From Candidatus Geocrenenecus huangii (GTDB lineage Archaea > Thermoproteota > Nitrososphaeria_A > Caldarchaeales > Wolframiiraptoraceae): a stretch of DNA of 39,702 nt. The position numbers and the translations under genes are program-made. Numbering within the stretch: the stretch's first letter is position 1; the number at the start of each line of letters is the position of its first letter. The notes beneath the pieces were generated by a model, which ran no database searches, had not been told where the DNA came from, and saw only the letters and a list, made by a program, of their open reading frames with translations. Location of the stretch: contig JALNLM010000014.1 of the NCBI GenBank assembly GCA_023254095.1, positions 1 to 39,702 on the forward strand, read 5' to 3'. This document shows positions 1-11,216 of the stretch, one piece after another.

Positions 1-949
<949 letters not shown>

Positions 950-1127
950 CTATGCCTGGAGAGTTGGCTTCTCGAGAAGAGTTTTGTGGAGGCCCTGTGT
1001 CGGACCTGAGTTCTACTTCTTTCTCAGGTCTCCATTCTGTGGCCACGGGAGGAGACCACCCATTCATTTCTGGGAGGGCCTCTCCCATTTCTTGGGTGGT
1101 ACCGCCGTCGCGCCGTGGTCTTTTGCC
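950..1127 (-). other. Pre-rRNA 5' leader (external transcribed spacer)
   Basis: GC-rich region between the promoter and the mature 16S 5' end, with stems ACCACCCA/TGGGTGGT, TGGGAG/CTCCCA and GACCTGAG/CTCAGGTC. Confidence 0.75.
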
Positions 1128-1146
1128 ATCATTATTATACTATTGG

Positions 1147-1164
1147 TTTTATAAAAACTTTCTC
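1147..1164 (-). promoter_or_regulatory. BRE-TATA promoter of the rRNA operon
   Basis: Minus strand GAGAAAG-TTTTTATAAAA lies about 20-30 nt upstream of the GC-rich leader. Confidence 0.7.
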
Positions 1165-1224
1165 TTTATAATGGTCTATCCATGACTTCTTATCAACTCC
1201 GGTCGTATTTCATAAATATGCCTT

Positions 1225-1548
1225 CTAGGCCTCCTCTCCTCTTTTGTCAAGTAAATCTTCAAGTATCCTCATGTATGAGGTATCTTCTTTTTCTATGATA
1301 CTGTATTTTTCTTCTTGAATTGATTTTTTGACGGCGAGGAGATGATAGCATGATGGTTTCTCCCCACTTATTACTCTGAAGAAGAAGTCATTACATGTAC
1401 AATACTCTGCTTTCGGCAAGACCAGGTAGCGTCCATGCCTTCCAACTACTATCCAAAGTCTCCTACCGCTTGGTTTAAAGATGTACAGCTTAACTCTTTT
1501 CTCTCTAATAGCTTCTAGAGCTTTATAATCTAATTCTTCCGTAGTCAT
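1225..1548 (-). CDS. SWIM zinc-finger protein
   Basis: YCTCNDF...CYH motif (CxC-xn-CxH); overlaps the upstream gene by 4 nt. Confidence 0.8.
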   Translation of the reverse strand: MTTEELDYKALEAIREKRVKLYIFKPSGRRLWIVVGRHGRYLVLPKAEYCTCNDFFFRVISGEKPSCYHLLAVKKSIQEEKYSIIEKEDTSYMRILEDLLDKRGEEA

Positions 1549-2348
1549 AGTATCTCATCTTTCAGCTTCTCTACATGTTCTAGTCTACCTAGGGACCTAC
1601 CATCAAGTAAGATTATCTCAGCTAGAGATATTGAGAAACTGTTTGTCTTGATTAGAGGCCACAGTCTATCTTCTGGTCTTATATTGTTTATAGATATTCC
1701 CGTGAGGAGGGGGTTGAAAGCTGGTAAAATTATTAATTTTATTCTCCCTCGCACCTTCAATCTTGCACCATATTTCTCTCTGAAGACTTTAGCAATATTT
1801 TCTTTATCTCCTTCCATCAACATCCATACAGGTTTCTTGATTATGCTTCCCACGTCTGTTCTAAGATTAATCATTGGGTGAAGATGACCCATCAAGATTA
1901 CATCACTCTCTAATATGTCGATGTTGGGCCATCTATGTCCATGATACAGGAAGAACTTCTTCTCACCTTCAATAAGTAGACCACTACTGGATGCATACTT
2001 GATAGCGTTCCCCAACACTTTTTTTATGTTTCCGTCATGATTCCCCGGAACAAGCATTATCTTGACGCCGGTTTGCTTGATCATCTCTATTGCTTTAGGC
2101 ATCTCCTCCCATTCGATAGTTGAAGAATACGGGATCTTATGTTTTAAGTCTCCCAGAATTATGATTTTCCTAGGTTCTTGTTCTTCGATCAGTTTTATTA
2201 GCAGTTCCGTTATTCTCCATGTTTGGGATGGAATTCTTATCCCTCTTTCTCTAAATTCTGCTTCAAATCCAAAATGAATATCAGAGACTACGATGGCTGG
2301 TTCAGGTTTCTCGATCAGTATCGCTGGCCAGTTCTCCAAGAGCTTCAA
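1545..2348 (-). CDS. Calcineurin-like metallophosphoesterase (COG1407-like)
   Basis: Motifs SDIHFG, LGDLKH, GNHD, HGH and GHLHP; TTG start. Confidence 0.88.
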   Translation of the reverse strand: MKLLENWPAILIEKPEPAIVVSDIHFGFEAEFRERGIRIPSQTWRITELLIKLIEEQEPRKIIILGDLKHKIPYSSTIEWEEMPKAIEMIKQTGVKIMLVPGNHDGNIKKVLGNAIKYASSSGLLIEGEKKFFLYHGHRWPNIDILESDVILMGHLHPMINLRTDVGSIIKKPVWMLMEGDKENIAKVFREKYGARLKVRGRIKLIILPAFNPLLTGISINNIRPEDRLWPLIKTNSFSISLAEIILLDGRSLGRLEHVEKLKDEIL

Positions 2349-3466
2349 CGTTTCTGTAGCTCCGCTAACCTCTCAGGTAGAAATTCCTTAACAATGAAGT
2401 CTAACCCATATCTACTGAACGCTTCGAGTTCCGCCTTCCTCTTTATTTTCCAGAATTCTTTTATCTCCCTCCTCCATGGATCATTCTGGTATCTAGGATC
2501 CTGCTCTAGTTCTTGAAGCCTCTTCACATCTTGCTCGTTCAATCTCATCGATGGGAGCTTGTATCTAGTTATGTCTGAAGCCCATACGCCTGCCCAGACT
2601 GCGTCTGGAACATTTATTCCTTTTATATGAGCGCTTAATGCTGAGCCATGTATTAGTACTGAAGCTATATGTACCCCGTAAGGGTCTGCGTCTGTAAAGA
2701 CGTAGACTGGGAGATTCAATTCTTCATGAAGTCTTCTAATAAGTTTTCTAGCATTACGTGGTGACTGACCCGCAGTGTGTAGGAGCAGTGCTCTGTATTT
2801 CTTGTCTGCTTCTTCTTCGACGAATCTACTGAAGACTGCGCCTTTCTCTATTACGAATAATACTTCTGCACCGCACTTCACGAATTCAGCTGTCGTTAGA
2901 GCTGGACCAATAGCGAAGCCATCTGGATGTGATGACAGGTCTACTCTTTTACCTCTGAATCCTGGAACAGTGTATTCTATTACCAAGTCGCCATATATTG
3001 ATGCTCTTTCTTCAGGGAAGATATGGAAGTCTTCTCTAGGGCTATCTATGATGCTCTCCAACTCCATTATCATCTCATCACTTTCATCTTGGTCTTCGAA
3101 GTCTATTCCTTCACCTATCGCTACATAGTATGTATCTCTGAGAGTGGACGTTTTAGCTGCTTCGATCAGCTTTTTCCCGAAAGAAGCTATCCATAGTAAT
3201 TGAGCAAATGGTCTTAGATGACGGATATTCTTAGTTGTTCTCTCCTTCATCTTGCCTGCTAGAACATACTGTCTAAGCTTCTCGTCATAGACGATATTCT
3301 TCGTCGTCCTCGACGGAATATTTAGTTCAGGGAATTCTCCTCTCGAAAGGTCTCGGTAGATTTTTTCTCCAAGCTTCTTCAATTTTCCTAATACTTCCTG
3401 CCTAATTGCATCTGCTTTATACGTCTTCTCTTCATCTTTCTTCTTAGGTGTCAAGTCCCTACCCAC
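2345..3466 (-). CDS. top6A: DNA topoisomerase VI subunit A
   Basis: TLRDTYY catalytic Tyr region, IEKGA, TOPRIM motif DADPYG and KAELEA; GTG start. Confidence 0.96.
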   Translation of the reverse strand: MGRDLTPKKKDEEKTYKADAIRQEVLGKLKKLGEKIYRDLSRGEFPELNIPSRTTKNIVYDEKLRQYVLAGKMKERTTKNIRHLRPFAQLLWIASFGKKLIEAAKTSTLRDTYYVAIGEGIDFEDQDESDEMIMELESIIDSPREDFHIFPEERASIYGDLVIEYTVPGFRGKRVDLSSHPDGFAIGPALTTAEFVKCGAEVLFVIEKGAVFSRFVEEEADKKYRALLLHTAGQSPRNARKLIRRLHEELNLPVYVFTDADPYGVHIASVLIHGSALSAHIKGINVPDAVWAGVWASDITRYKLPSMRLNEQDVKRLQELEQDPRYQNDPWRREIKEFWKIKRKAELEAFSRYGLDFIVKEFLPERLAELQKR

Positions 3467-3673
3467 AAGATACCCACTAGAAGTATCTTATAGATATTCT
3501 AGTCTTGCAGGAGAGAAAGTTACAGTTTTCGATATAGAAGACGCCTTCTATACTTTAAGCTTTCTCTTTACCTAGGCTGTGAAACTCAAATACATCATCT
3601 TCATGTAGAAGTTTTCCACAAAAACGTCATTCAGTGAGAGCCTCTGCGTGTAAGAAAACTCTTTAAGGTTCTT

Positions 3674-5161
3674 TTATGCGGTTAAGAGTTGTTCAGCAAT
3701 TTTTTTCACTATATCCATGAATGGTGCAGGGTAGACACCTATCATTACCGCCAGTATGGATAACATTATGAGCGGCGCAAGCATCATCGGTGGTGCTTCC
3801 ACTGCTTTCTCCGAGACATCTGTAGGAGGGCGGACGAACAGTATCTGGACCACTCTTAAGTAGTATGCTGCTCCGAGGAGTACGTTGAGTATCATTATAG
3901 CGGCATACAAGTATAGTTTAGCATCTATCGCAGCCGTTATTATCTGGAACTCACTGACAAAGCTATTCAATCCTGGAATTCCTGCAAGAGAGAATGCTCC
4001 TATAGAGAAGCATGTAACAGTTATGGGCATTCTTCTACCTATTCCACTTAGTGTATCTAGATCTCTCGTCTTAACTGTATGGATTAATGCTCCTGCTGAG
4101 AGGAAGAGGAGAGCCTTCATCGATGCATGATTTAGTATATGGAGTAGCCCTCCAGCGAGACCTGCTATCGTTCCTATCCCTAACGCGAAGACTATGTATC
4201 CTATGTGCGCTATACTGCTGAAAGCTAGTAGCCTCTTAATATCGTTTTGGAGCATAGCGAGAGTATTTCCAACTATCATTGTAACTATGGAAAACAGTAT
4301 TAACCCTATCTGCCAATTATATAGAGTTGATGGGAATATCAACGTTAATACTCTATACATCGCGTATACACCTGTCTTGATTACTACTCCTGAAAGCATT
4401 GCACTTATGGGGCTCGGTGCGGCAGGGTGGGCATCTGGTAGCCAGCTGTGGAAGGGGGCCATAGCTGCATTCACTCCGAAGCCTGTTATCAGTAATGCTA
4501 TCGAGAGATACGTCCAGGCATTATTCTGGAGTCCCGATATTTTTAGAGCTTCCGACAAGCTCGTAAAGGTTAATGTTCCCACCATACCGTAGAGGAGCGA
4601 CATTCCGAATAGTATTGATGCTGTTCCAGCCGTACTCATTATCAAGTACTTGAATGATGCTTCTACCGCCTCCCATCTACGGTAGAAGAAAGCTACTAGA
4701 ACATAGGCGGTTAAGCTCATCATCTCCCAGAAGATGAATAAAGTTACAAAGTCCCCTGAGAATACTACTCCTACCATTCCTGTAACCATGGCGACTAGGA
4801 GTGGATAGTACTCTCTCTTCCTCTCCTCAATATACTCCGTTGAGAATACAGATGCCATGAGTCCGATGAACACGAATATCGATGCCACATACATCGAAAG
4901 GTCGTCTACAAATATCTGGGAAGATACTAATTGATATTGTGATGCATAGATCTTCACGGGTCCGCTGTTAAGTATAAACTGGTTTATGGATAGGAGGAAT
5001 GTTACCAAAAACCCCGCTATAACGTATATTTCGACTATCTTCTCCCTCTTTCCTTTCGCGAATACTGCAAGCATTGCAGAAGTAAGTGTGAAGAATATTA
5101 AGGAATTAAGAGTTTCGGAGAAGTTTACTGAGAGGATGCTAGATAAAATCATTATGATCAT
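3674..5161 (-). CDS. Proton-conducting membrane transporter, MrpD/NuoN-like antiporter subunit
   Basis: Multi-TM protein with FWEMM, EASFKYL, PFHSWLPDAHPAAPSPISAMLSG, KRLLAFSSIAHIGY and HASMKALLF. Confidence 0.88.
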   Translation of the reverse strand: MIIMILSSILSVNFSETLNSLIFFTLTSAMLAVFAKGKREKIVEIYVIAGFLVTFLLSINQFILNSGPVKIYASQYQLVSSQIFVDDLSMYVASIFVFIGLMASVFSTEYIEERKREYYPLLVAMVTGMVGVVFSGDFVTLFIFWEMMSLTAYVLVAFFYRRWEAVEASFKYLIMSTAGTASILFGMSLLYGMVGTLTFTSLSEALKISGLQNNAWTYLSIALLITGFGVNAAMAPFHSWLPDAHPAAPSPISAMLSGVVIKTGVYAMYRVLTLIFPSTLYNWQIGLILFSIVTMIVGNTLAMLQNDIKRLLAFSSIAHIGYIVFALGIGTIAGLAGGLLHILNHASMKALLFLSAGALIHTVKTRDLDTLSGIGRRMPITVTCFSIGAFSLAGIPGLNSFVSEFQIITAAIDAKLYLYAAIMILNVLLGAAYYLRVVQILFVRPPTDVSEKAVEAPPMMLAPLIMLSILAVMIGVYPAPFMDIVKKIAEQLLTA

Positions 5162-5467
5162 TGTATGGGTAAAACATCGTAAATATTAACATTCTCATAC
5201 ATGTATCGCGTCATTATTATGGATATATAGTTGGGAAGGAAGAAAATCTCAGTAAGATAATATGTTTATAACAGATATCGTCTTAGATGCGGAGGGAAAA
5301 CCATTGACTAAGGAATTTGAAGGTTTATGTACAAGGTGTAATGTATTCTAGGTAGAGATAACTAGGAATGCTGTAGAGGGACAGGTTCCGAGAAAACTTA
5401 AATTCATATTATCTAGTCTTCTTCTGTGAAGGTGCTCTATGATTACGCGTGTATGGCCAATCTATCT

Positions 5468-5548
5468 CCATTTTCATGGTCTCTATTTAAGTTGTGGCCC
5501 ATTTTTAGATAAGGCCTACCATTTTCAGTAACCTCTCCAGCTTATAAA
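5468..5548 (+). promoter_or_regulatory. Promoter of arCOG07300-polB2 with three CCATTTTYAK boxes and a TATA box
   Basis: CCATTTTCAT at 5468-5477, CCATTTTTAG at 5499-5508, CCATTTTCAG at 5519-5528, AACCTCTCC at 5530-5538, TTATAAA at 5542-5548; ATG at 5576. Confidence 0.55.
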
Positions 5549-5575
5549 CTATGTTTGAAATCTGCTCGATAGAGC

Positions 5576-5851
5576 ATGGGTAGAACTACGTTAACATATA
5601 GGCAGAGACTTGAGCTCGAGCTTGAACGTTGGAGAATGTTTAGAAGAACTTTACTAAAGGATGAGAGAGAAGTATTTGATAGCTTAGTTGGTCACATATA
5701 CAGATACTCTCATGCAGCTTCAATGTATCCTGAAAGAGACGTATTTGATCTATTCATCATGTCTGGACTTCTATCTCATGAAGAGAGATTGAGGATCTTG
5801 GAGAGGGAATTGAGGCGGGAGATGAATATCGGTGCAAGGCTGGCTCCTTGA
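5576..5851 (+). CDS. Small helical PolB2-associated protein (arCOG07300-like)
   Basis: MGRT..YR...E..RW..FRR.L...ERE.FD pattern; lies directly upstream of and overlaps polB2. Confidence 0.75.
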   Translation: MGRTTLTYRQRLELELERWRMFRRTLLKDEREVFDSLVGHIYRYSHAASMYPERDVFDLFIMSGLLSHEERLRILERELRREMNIGARLAP

Positions 5852-8018
5852 CATACATCCTATAAGTAGAGATGAAGTCTGCGTATGGATAAAGAGAAAA
5901 GATGGAAGAGTAGAGTTAGAGAAGATTAAATGGATGCCTAAAATCTATGTTGTAGGACCGTTCGACAAGCTTGTCCAACTTAGCCAGATACTTTCAAGCA
6001 AGTATGATTTAGAATTTGTTGAGAAACATATCTACGCAGGAGGCTCTCTGGAAACAGTACTAGAAGTCAAGATACCTTTTGGAGAGAGAAAGAAGATAGC
6101 TAAAGAAGTCCTAGACATCGGTAATCACATATTCTATAGAGTATTCAACGTAGATTTACCATCTATGCAGGAATTCTTGTATCACCATAATCTTTATCCT
6201 ACCGCATACATAGACTATTCAAATAATAACTTCAAAATATTAGATGATGTTGGAGACCTCGATTATGATACATCGTGGATTAAGATAGCATACCTCGATG
6301 CCAAGATAGCTTCTAACAGTATTCTACCATCCCTCCAAGATAAGCTTACCGAGCTATCATTGAAGATTCAAGATGAAGAAATAATATTGGATTTTTCAGA
6401 AGAATTCATACTTGAAGAACTATCCAAAATACTAGATTCCCTAGATGTAGACATAATTGTAACTGAATGTGGAGATTCATTCCTCATGCCCTACCTCCAT
6501 CATAGAGCTAGAGTAAATAATGTTAAGCTAAGGCTTGGTAGATTAGACCATGAACCTAGGTTAGAGATATCATCTAGATCCTACTTTAGCTATGGTAGAG
6601 TATGTCATAAGTTTAGAGGATTTAAGCTTAGAGGTAGAATACATGTAGACTCATCTAATTCGATGCTCTATCAGGAAACAGGCATAGATGGAGTATTGGA
6701 GATCTCTAGAGTATGTAGGATACCTATTCAAGATGCTTCAAGATATACTATCGGTTCATGCATGTCGTCCCTCCAGTATTATGAAGCCTACAAGCTTGGA
6801 ATACTTCTACCGTGGATTCCATGTAGGGAAAACTACATGAATGGAAGACAGCTCAACATAGCTGACAGGGGAGGATTAATACTTGACGCTAAGCCCGAAA
6901 TATTCTGGAATGTTGGGGAAATAGATTTCAAAAGTCTTTACCCGATGTTAATGTATAGATACAATATTTCGGGAGAAACAATCAATTGCGAATGCTGTAG
7001 ATACGAGAAGATAGAAATACCTGAAGTCGGATACCATGTTTGTAGAAGATGGAGAGGGGTTGTTCCAAGAGCCATAGAGTTACCATTGAAGAAACGACTA
7101 CAATATAAGAAGTTATCGGAAGAAGTAGGAAAATCTTATTTGAGACAAATATATGGTAGGAGAGCCGATGCACTGAAGTGGATTCTAGTAACTGCTTTCG
7201 GATATCTAGGTTTTAAGAAAGCAAAGTTCGGGTCAAGAGAAGCCCATCTAGCTGTATGTGCATTAGCTAGAGATACGCTGATAAAAACTATAAGGATTGC
7301 TGAAGAATCAGGGTTTAGAGTAGTTCATGGATTGGTTGACTCACTCTGGATAGTTAAAGAAGATGCTGAAGATGAAGACTACGTGAAGCTGATCGAAAAA
7401 ATAGAAGATAAACTTAAGTTACCCGTAAGCTATGAGGGAAGATATAAATGGATAATCTTTCTGAAATCTAAGATAAACCCATTCAAGCCTGTCAATAATA
7501 GGTATTTTGGAGTATTACTCGACGGTAGAATAAAGTATAGAGGAATAGAGGCTAGGAGAAGAGACGCCCCACTTATAGTTAAGAAAATGCAGTTACAGAT
7601 GCTGGAGAGGCTATCCAAAGCAAACACGTTGAGAGAACTTAGAGAGAAAGCTTTAGAGTGCTTGGAGATCTATAGAGAATACGCTAAGAAGATAGTATTA
7701 GGTGAAGCACATGTAGATGATTTAATCATTACGAAAAGCCTAAGCAAGCATATAAGAGAATACATAAACAAAGTACTACATGTTACTGTAGCCAGAAAAC
7801 TTGAATCACTAGGGTATGTGATAGAACCAGGTCAACCGATAAGATACGTAGTAACCGGTGGGAAGTGTGTTGACGCAAGTCTTCCACAATCCTGCGAAGT
7901 GGGAGAATACAATAGTAGAGAGTACTTGAAGATCCTTGAGGGGGCTGCAGAGACAATACTTGAGCCAATAATCGGTCAAGAAAAAATATATTACATAACG
8001 TCAAAAATAATAGATTAA
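5832..8018 (+). CDS. polB2: Family B DNA polymerase, PolB2 (Dpo2) group
   Basis: DFKSLYP (motif A), LKWILVTAFGYLG (motif B), HGLVDSLW in place of YGDTDS, ETINCECC, YRGIEARRRD; degenerate exonuclease motifs. Confidence 0.9.
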   Translation: MQGWLLDIHPISRDEVCVWIKRKDGRVELEKIKWMPKIYVVGPFDKLVQLSQILSSKYDLEFVEKHIYAGGSLETVLEVKIPFGERKKIAKEVLDIGNHIFYRVFNVDLPSMQEFLYHHNLYPTAYIDYSNNNFKILDDVGDLDYDTSWIKIAYLDAKIASNSILPSLQDKLTELSLKIQDEEIILDFSEEFILEELSKILDSLDVDIIVTECGDSFLMPYLHHRARVNNVKLRLGRLDHEPRLEISSRSYFSYGRVCHKFRGFKLRGRIHVDSSNSMLYQETGIDGVLEISRVCRIPIQDASRYTIGSCMSSLQYYEAYKLGILLPWIPCRENYMNGRQLNIADRGGLILDAKPEIFWNVGEIDFKSLYPMLMYRYNISGETINCECCRYEKIEIPEVGYHVCRRWRGVVPRAIELPLKKRLQYKKLSEEVGKSYLRQIYGRRADALKWILVTAFGYLGFKKAKFGSREAHLAVCALARDTLIKTIRIAEESGFRVVHGLVDSLWIVKEDAEDEDYVKLIEKIEDKLKLPVSYEGRYKWIIFLKSKINPFKPVNNRYFGVLLDGRIKYRGIEARRRDAPLIVKKMQLQMLERLSKANTLRELREKALECLEIYREYAKKIVLGEAHVDDLIITKSLSKHIREYINKVLHVTVARKLESLGYVIEPGQPIRYVVTGGKCVDASLPQSCEVGEYNSREYLKILEGAAETILEPIIGQEKIYYITSKIID

Positions 8019-8068
8019 TAATCAAGATTAGGGGACTAATCTTCTATTAAGTTGAATACTAAGTCATC

Positions 8069-10750
8069 TTATGAAATTACACAGTTAGCCCATCCACAAT
8101 CTAAACATTTTACGCAGCCTTCCTGATAGACTATGTTGATACTCTTACACATCGGACATTTCTCAACCTTCTTTGGAGACGACTTCAACCCAGTCTTTAT
8201 TTCTTCTTCAACAGCGACCTCTGACCCATTAATTCCTGTAAGGATTAGTTTCACTCCAGATTTGATAGAACCATTCTGCTTCTCTTCATGTTCATTATTT
8301 ATCTTCGGAGGCTCTATGCCTAACTTCTTCATTAATTCTAGAGTTTTATTCGGCGTTAATGCTATGTACTTGTTCAGTCTTTGAGAAGGAGTTACCAAGA
8401 CTTGTACTGATTTACTTGTATCTCTGTATATTGTTATACCTTTTAGGCCAAGTTTGTAAGCGAACATATATGCTTTCATAACATCATCTACTGTAACCCA
8501 TGCGGGCATGTTTATAGTCTTACTTACAGAAGCATCAACCCATTTCTGCATCTCATACTGAGCTCTCACATGATCCCACCATGGAATATCGTATGCTACT
8601 AGGAAGACTTTTCTAATATCTTCAGGCATGTCTTCTAATCCCTGTACCGATCCCCCATTCTCTGCAACCTTCTTCAGTACATCTTCATTGAGTAGGCCTC
8701 GTTCTTTTAGTTGCCTCTCAAATTCTATATCTGTGTAGAAGAATGTTCCAACTGTTACTCTCTTCTCGTAGACTAATGCAAACTGAGGCTCGAGACCAGA
8801 AGAAACATCCAACAACATAGATATACTACCTGTGGGCGCGATAGTCGTTACATGGCTATTCCTTATTCCTTTCTTCTTTAATTCCTCTGCTAGCTCTCTC
8901 CATGGTAGAGTCCACAATTCAGGATTATGGAATCCTTCAATGGGGAATACACCTTTAGGATAGTCTGACTGAGAGTATAATGGAAATACACCTTTCTCTT
9001 CAGCTAGCTCTATGCTTGTCTTGTATGCATGGAATGCTATGAACTCCATTACCTTACTCATCATCTGGAAGCCTTCTTCGCTATTATATGGTATTCCGAG
9101 CGCGTAGAGCATGTCAGCCATACCCATTATGCCTAAACCTATCCTTCTACTCTTCTTCGTCTTATATTCTATCTGCTCAAGCGGATACTTGTTAACTTCT
9201 ATTACGTTGTCTAAGAACCTAACAGACCACTTTACAGCTTCCTTCAAAGAATCCCAATCTATTTCATTTTTTTCTCCAACTCTTTTTATGAAAGCGTAGA
9301 GATTTATGCTTCCGAGATTGCATGATTCATAAGTATATAGGGGTTGTTCACCACACGGATTCGTCGCTCTAATATCGCCTAGGAAATTCCTAAAGAGATT
9401 ATGTTTATTGATGTTGTCGAAGAATAGTACTCCTGGGTCAGCTGTCTTCCATGCAGCCTCGGCTATTTCTCTAAATAATCTTGCAGGGTCTACTGTTCTC
9501 CAAGTCGACCCATCTCTCGGATTCTTAAGCGGGTACGGCTTCTTCTCTTCATAGTATTTCCAGAAGTCCGGAGTAATCAAGACAGAGATATTGAAGTTTT
9601 CAAGAAAGTTTTCCTTCTCTTTACTATGTATAAAGTTTTCTATGTCTGGATGCCATATCTCTATTATACCCATGTTCGCTCCTCTACGTTTTCCCCCTTG
9701 CTTAACTACTTCAGTGACTGTATCTATTATTCTCATAAATGAGACCGGCCCTGAAGCTACACCATATGTTGAGAATACTAGATCTCCTTCAGGTCTAAGT
9801 TTAGAGTAATTTATCCCGACTCCTCCACCTGACTTAAATATTATAGCAGCATCTTTGGCCGCATTCATTATAGACTCGATATCATCATCAATATCTAGGA
9901 CGAAGCATGCTGATAATTGTCCAAGCCTTGTACCTGCATTGAATAACGTTGGGCTATTCGGCATGAATTTCTTCTCAACCATTAACCTATAGTATCGTAG
10001 GCAGTTTTCATAATATTTTTCGAAGAACCCGTCTAACAGCATGTTCAGGAAAGCTGACCATGGAACTCTCATATGCCCACTAGAATTAAGTTCATCGTAC
10101 AAGTTCTTCATTCTTTCTAGGTGCCATCTATTCCATTTGAAATCATACTCACCGTTCGGCAGCTTGCCTAGACCGAGTCTACCACTCCAGGCATCGAAAT
10201 CGAACTCCTCCCATGTATGAGCTGGTTGACCACCACTTATATCGTATACTTCGGCATCGTACAGAATGTCTGGGATTACTATTAATGCGGCAACCCGCTT
10301 AAACATTTCTTTAGGTCCTTCTCTCAATTTACCTTTTTCGTCTCTCAATAGATATCTGCTTGCCATAAGCCGTAAAGCGTTTACCGAGAATGCTTTATCC
10401 ACTTCATCTACGTAGTCCTTCTCTAAGATCCTCTTCTTTTCTTCTCTAATTTTCTCTCTTTCTTTTCTATAGATTATGTATGCTTTAGCAACTTCGTATA
10501 GATCGAATTTAACTAGAGACAACTCAACGATATCTTGTATCTCTTCGACGTGGGGTATTTTCTCTGAGCCGAATTTTTCAGCTATTATCTTTAATATGTA
10601 GTCAACGACCTGTCTAAGAGTTACTTCATCATACATATTCACATGCAACATTGCTTTCCTTACAGCTTCCCTTATCCTGTTCTCATCGAAATCCACTACT
10701 CTTCCGTCTCTTTTTATGACCTTTCGAACTGGGTAGGCACCGTACTCCAT
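8069..10750 (-). CDS. nrdJ: Class II (adenosylcobalamin-dependent) ribonucleotide reductase with N-terminal ATP cone and C-terminal zinc ribbon
   Basis: VIKRDGR ATP cone, [33 protein letters not shown], and a CPMC...CLDCGW tail. Confidence 0.95.
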   Translation of the reverse strand: MEYGAYPVRKVIKRDGRVVDFDENRIREAVRKAMLHVNMYDEVTLRQVVDYILKIIAEKFGSEKIPHVEEIQDIVELSLVKFDLYEVAKAYIIYRKEREKIREEKKRILEKDYVDEVDKAFSVNALRLMASRYLLRDEKGKLREGPKEMFKRVAALIVIPDILYDAEVYDISGGQPAHTWEEFDFDAWSGRLGLGKLPNGEYDFKWNRWHLERMKNLYDELNSSGHMRVPWSAFLNMLLDGFFEKYYENCLRYYRLMVEKKFMPNSPTLFNAGTRLGQLSACFVLDIDDDIESIMNAAKDAAIIFKSGGGVGINYSKLRPEGDLVFSTYGVASGPVSFMRIIDTVTEVVKQGGKRRGANMGIIEIWHPDIENFIHSKEKENFLENFNISVLITPDFWKYYEEKKPYPLKNPRDGSTWRTVDPARLFREIAEAAWKTADPGVLFFDNINKHNLFRNFLGDIRATNPCGEQPLYTYESCNLGSINLYAFIKRVGEKNEIDWDSLKEAVKWSVRFLDNVIEVNKYPLEQIEYKTKKSRRIGLGIMGMADMLYALGIPYNSEEGFQMMSKVMEFIAFHAYKTSIELAEEKGVFPLYSQSDYPKGVFPIEGFHNPELWTLPWRELAEELKKKGIRNSHVTTIAPTGSISMLLDVSSGLEPQFALVYEKRVTVGTFFYTDIEFERQLKERGLLNEDVLKKVAENGGSVQGLEDMPEDIRKVFLVAYDIPWWDHVRAQYEMQKWVDASVSKTINMPAWVTVDDVMKAYMFAYKLGLKGITIYRDTSKSVQVLVTPSQRLNKYIALTPNKTLELMKKLGIEPPKINNEHEEKQNGSIKSGVKLILTGINGSEVAVEEEIKTGLKSSPKKVEKCPMCKSINIVYQEGCVKCLDCGWANCVIS

Positions 10751-11216
10751 TTTGTTAGACCTCTCTCCCTAACTTCTTCGACTACCACAGTAGAATTGAT
10801 CTAGCCTATTAATAAAAGGTTTACACTTAGCCAAAAGTGCATCATGACTTGAATATGAGAACACCAAATAGGAAAAAGATATGAAAATACCATATCTTGA
10901 ATCTCTAAATTTCTAGTGTCGAATTGGAAGGAAAGACATGGAACTCAGAATGGTTTCTGATCTGGCTATATTCCATCTTTTAAATATCGGAATGGCCAAA
11001 GAAGTCCTATGAATAATTGATGAAGATGTGGCTCCGAACATGTTTCTCCAATTTTTTGGTGTGGCCATACTCGCCTCGGTAAGAATCCTAATATTTAAAA
11101 AAGGTTAATAACCAATAATCGGTCGAGAATAATTACAAGTAAATCTAGTCCTCTAGGAGAAGCTTTTGTTAACCGTTATATTTAATTCATGCATTCATAC
11201 CGATTTCTAATAGGAG

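Noticed and set aside
952-1185. 77-aa ORF on the plus strand
   Set aside because: It is antisense to the rRNA leader and promoter, with no protein features.
9970-10280. Insertion-like segment in NrdJ as a possible intein
   Set aside because: There is no Cys/Ser start or His-Asn end; similar insert regions are typical of archaeal class II reductases.
10751-11216. Long nrdJ-tyrS intergenic region as sRNA, origin or damage box
   Set aside because: Only a weak ATTTTC hexamer (minus strand, near 10883-10888) and a lone TGATGA without a paired CTGA are present. There are no ORB repeats or stable stems.
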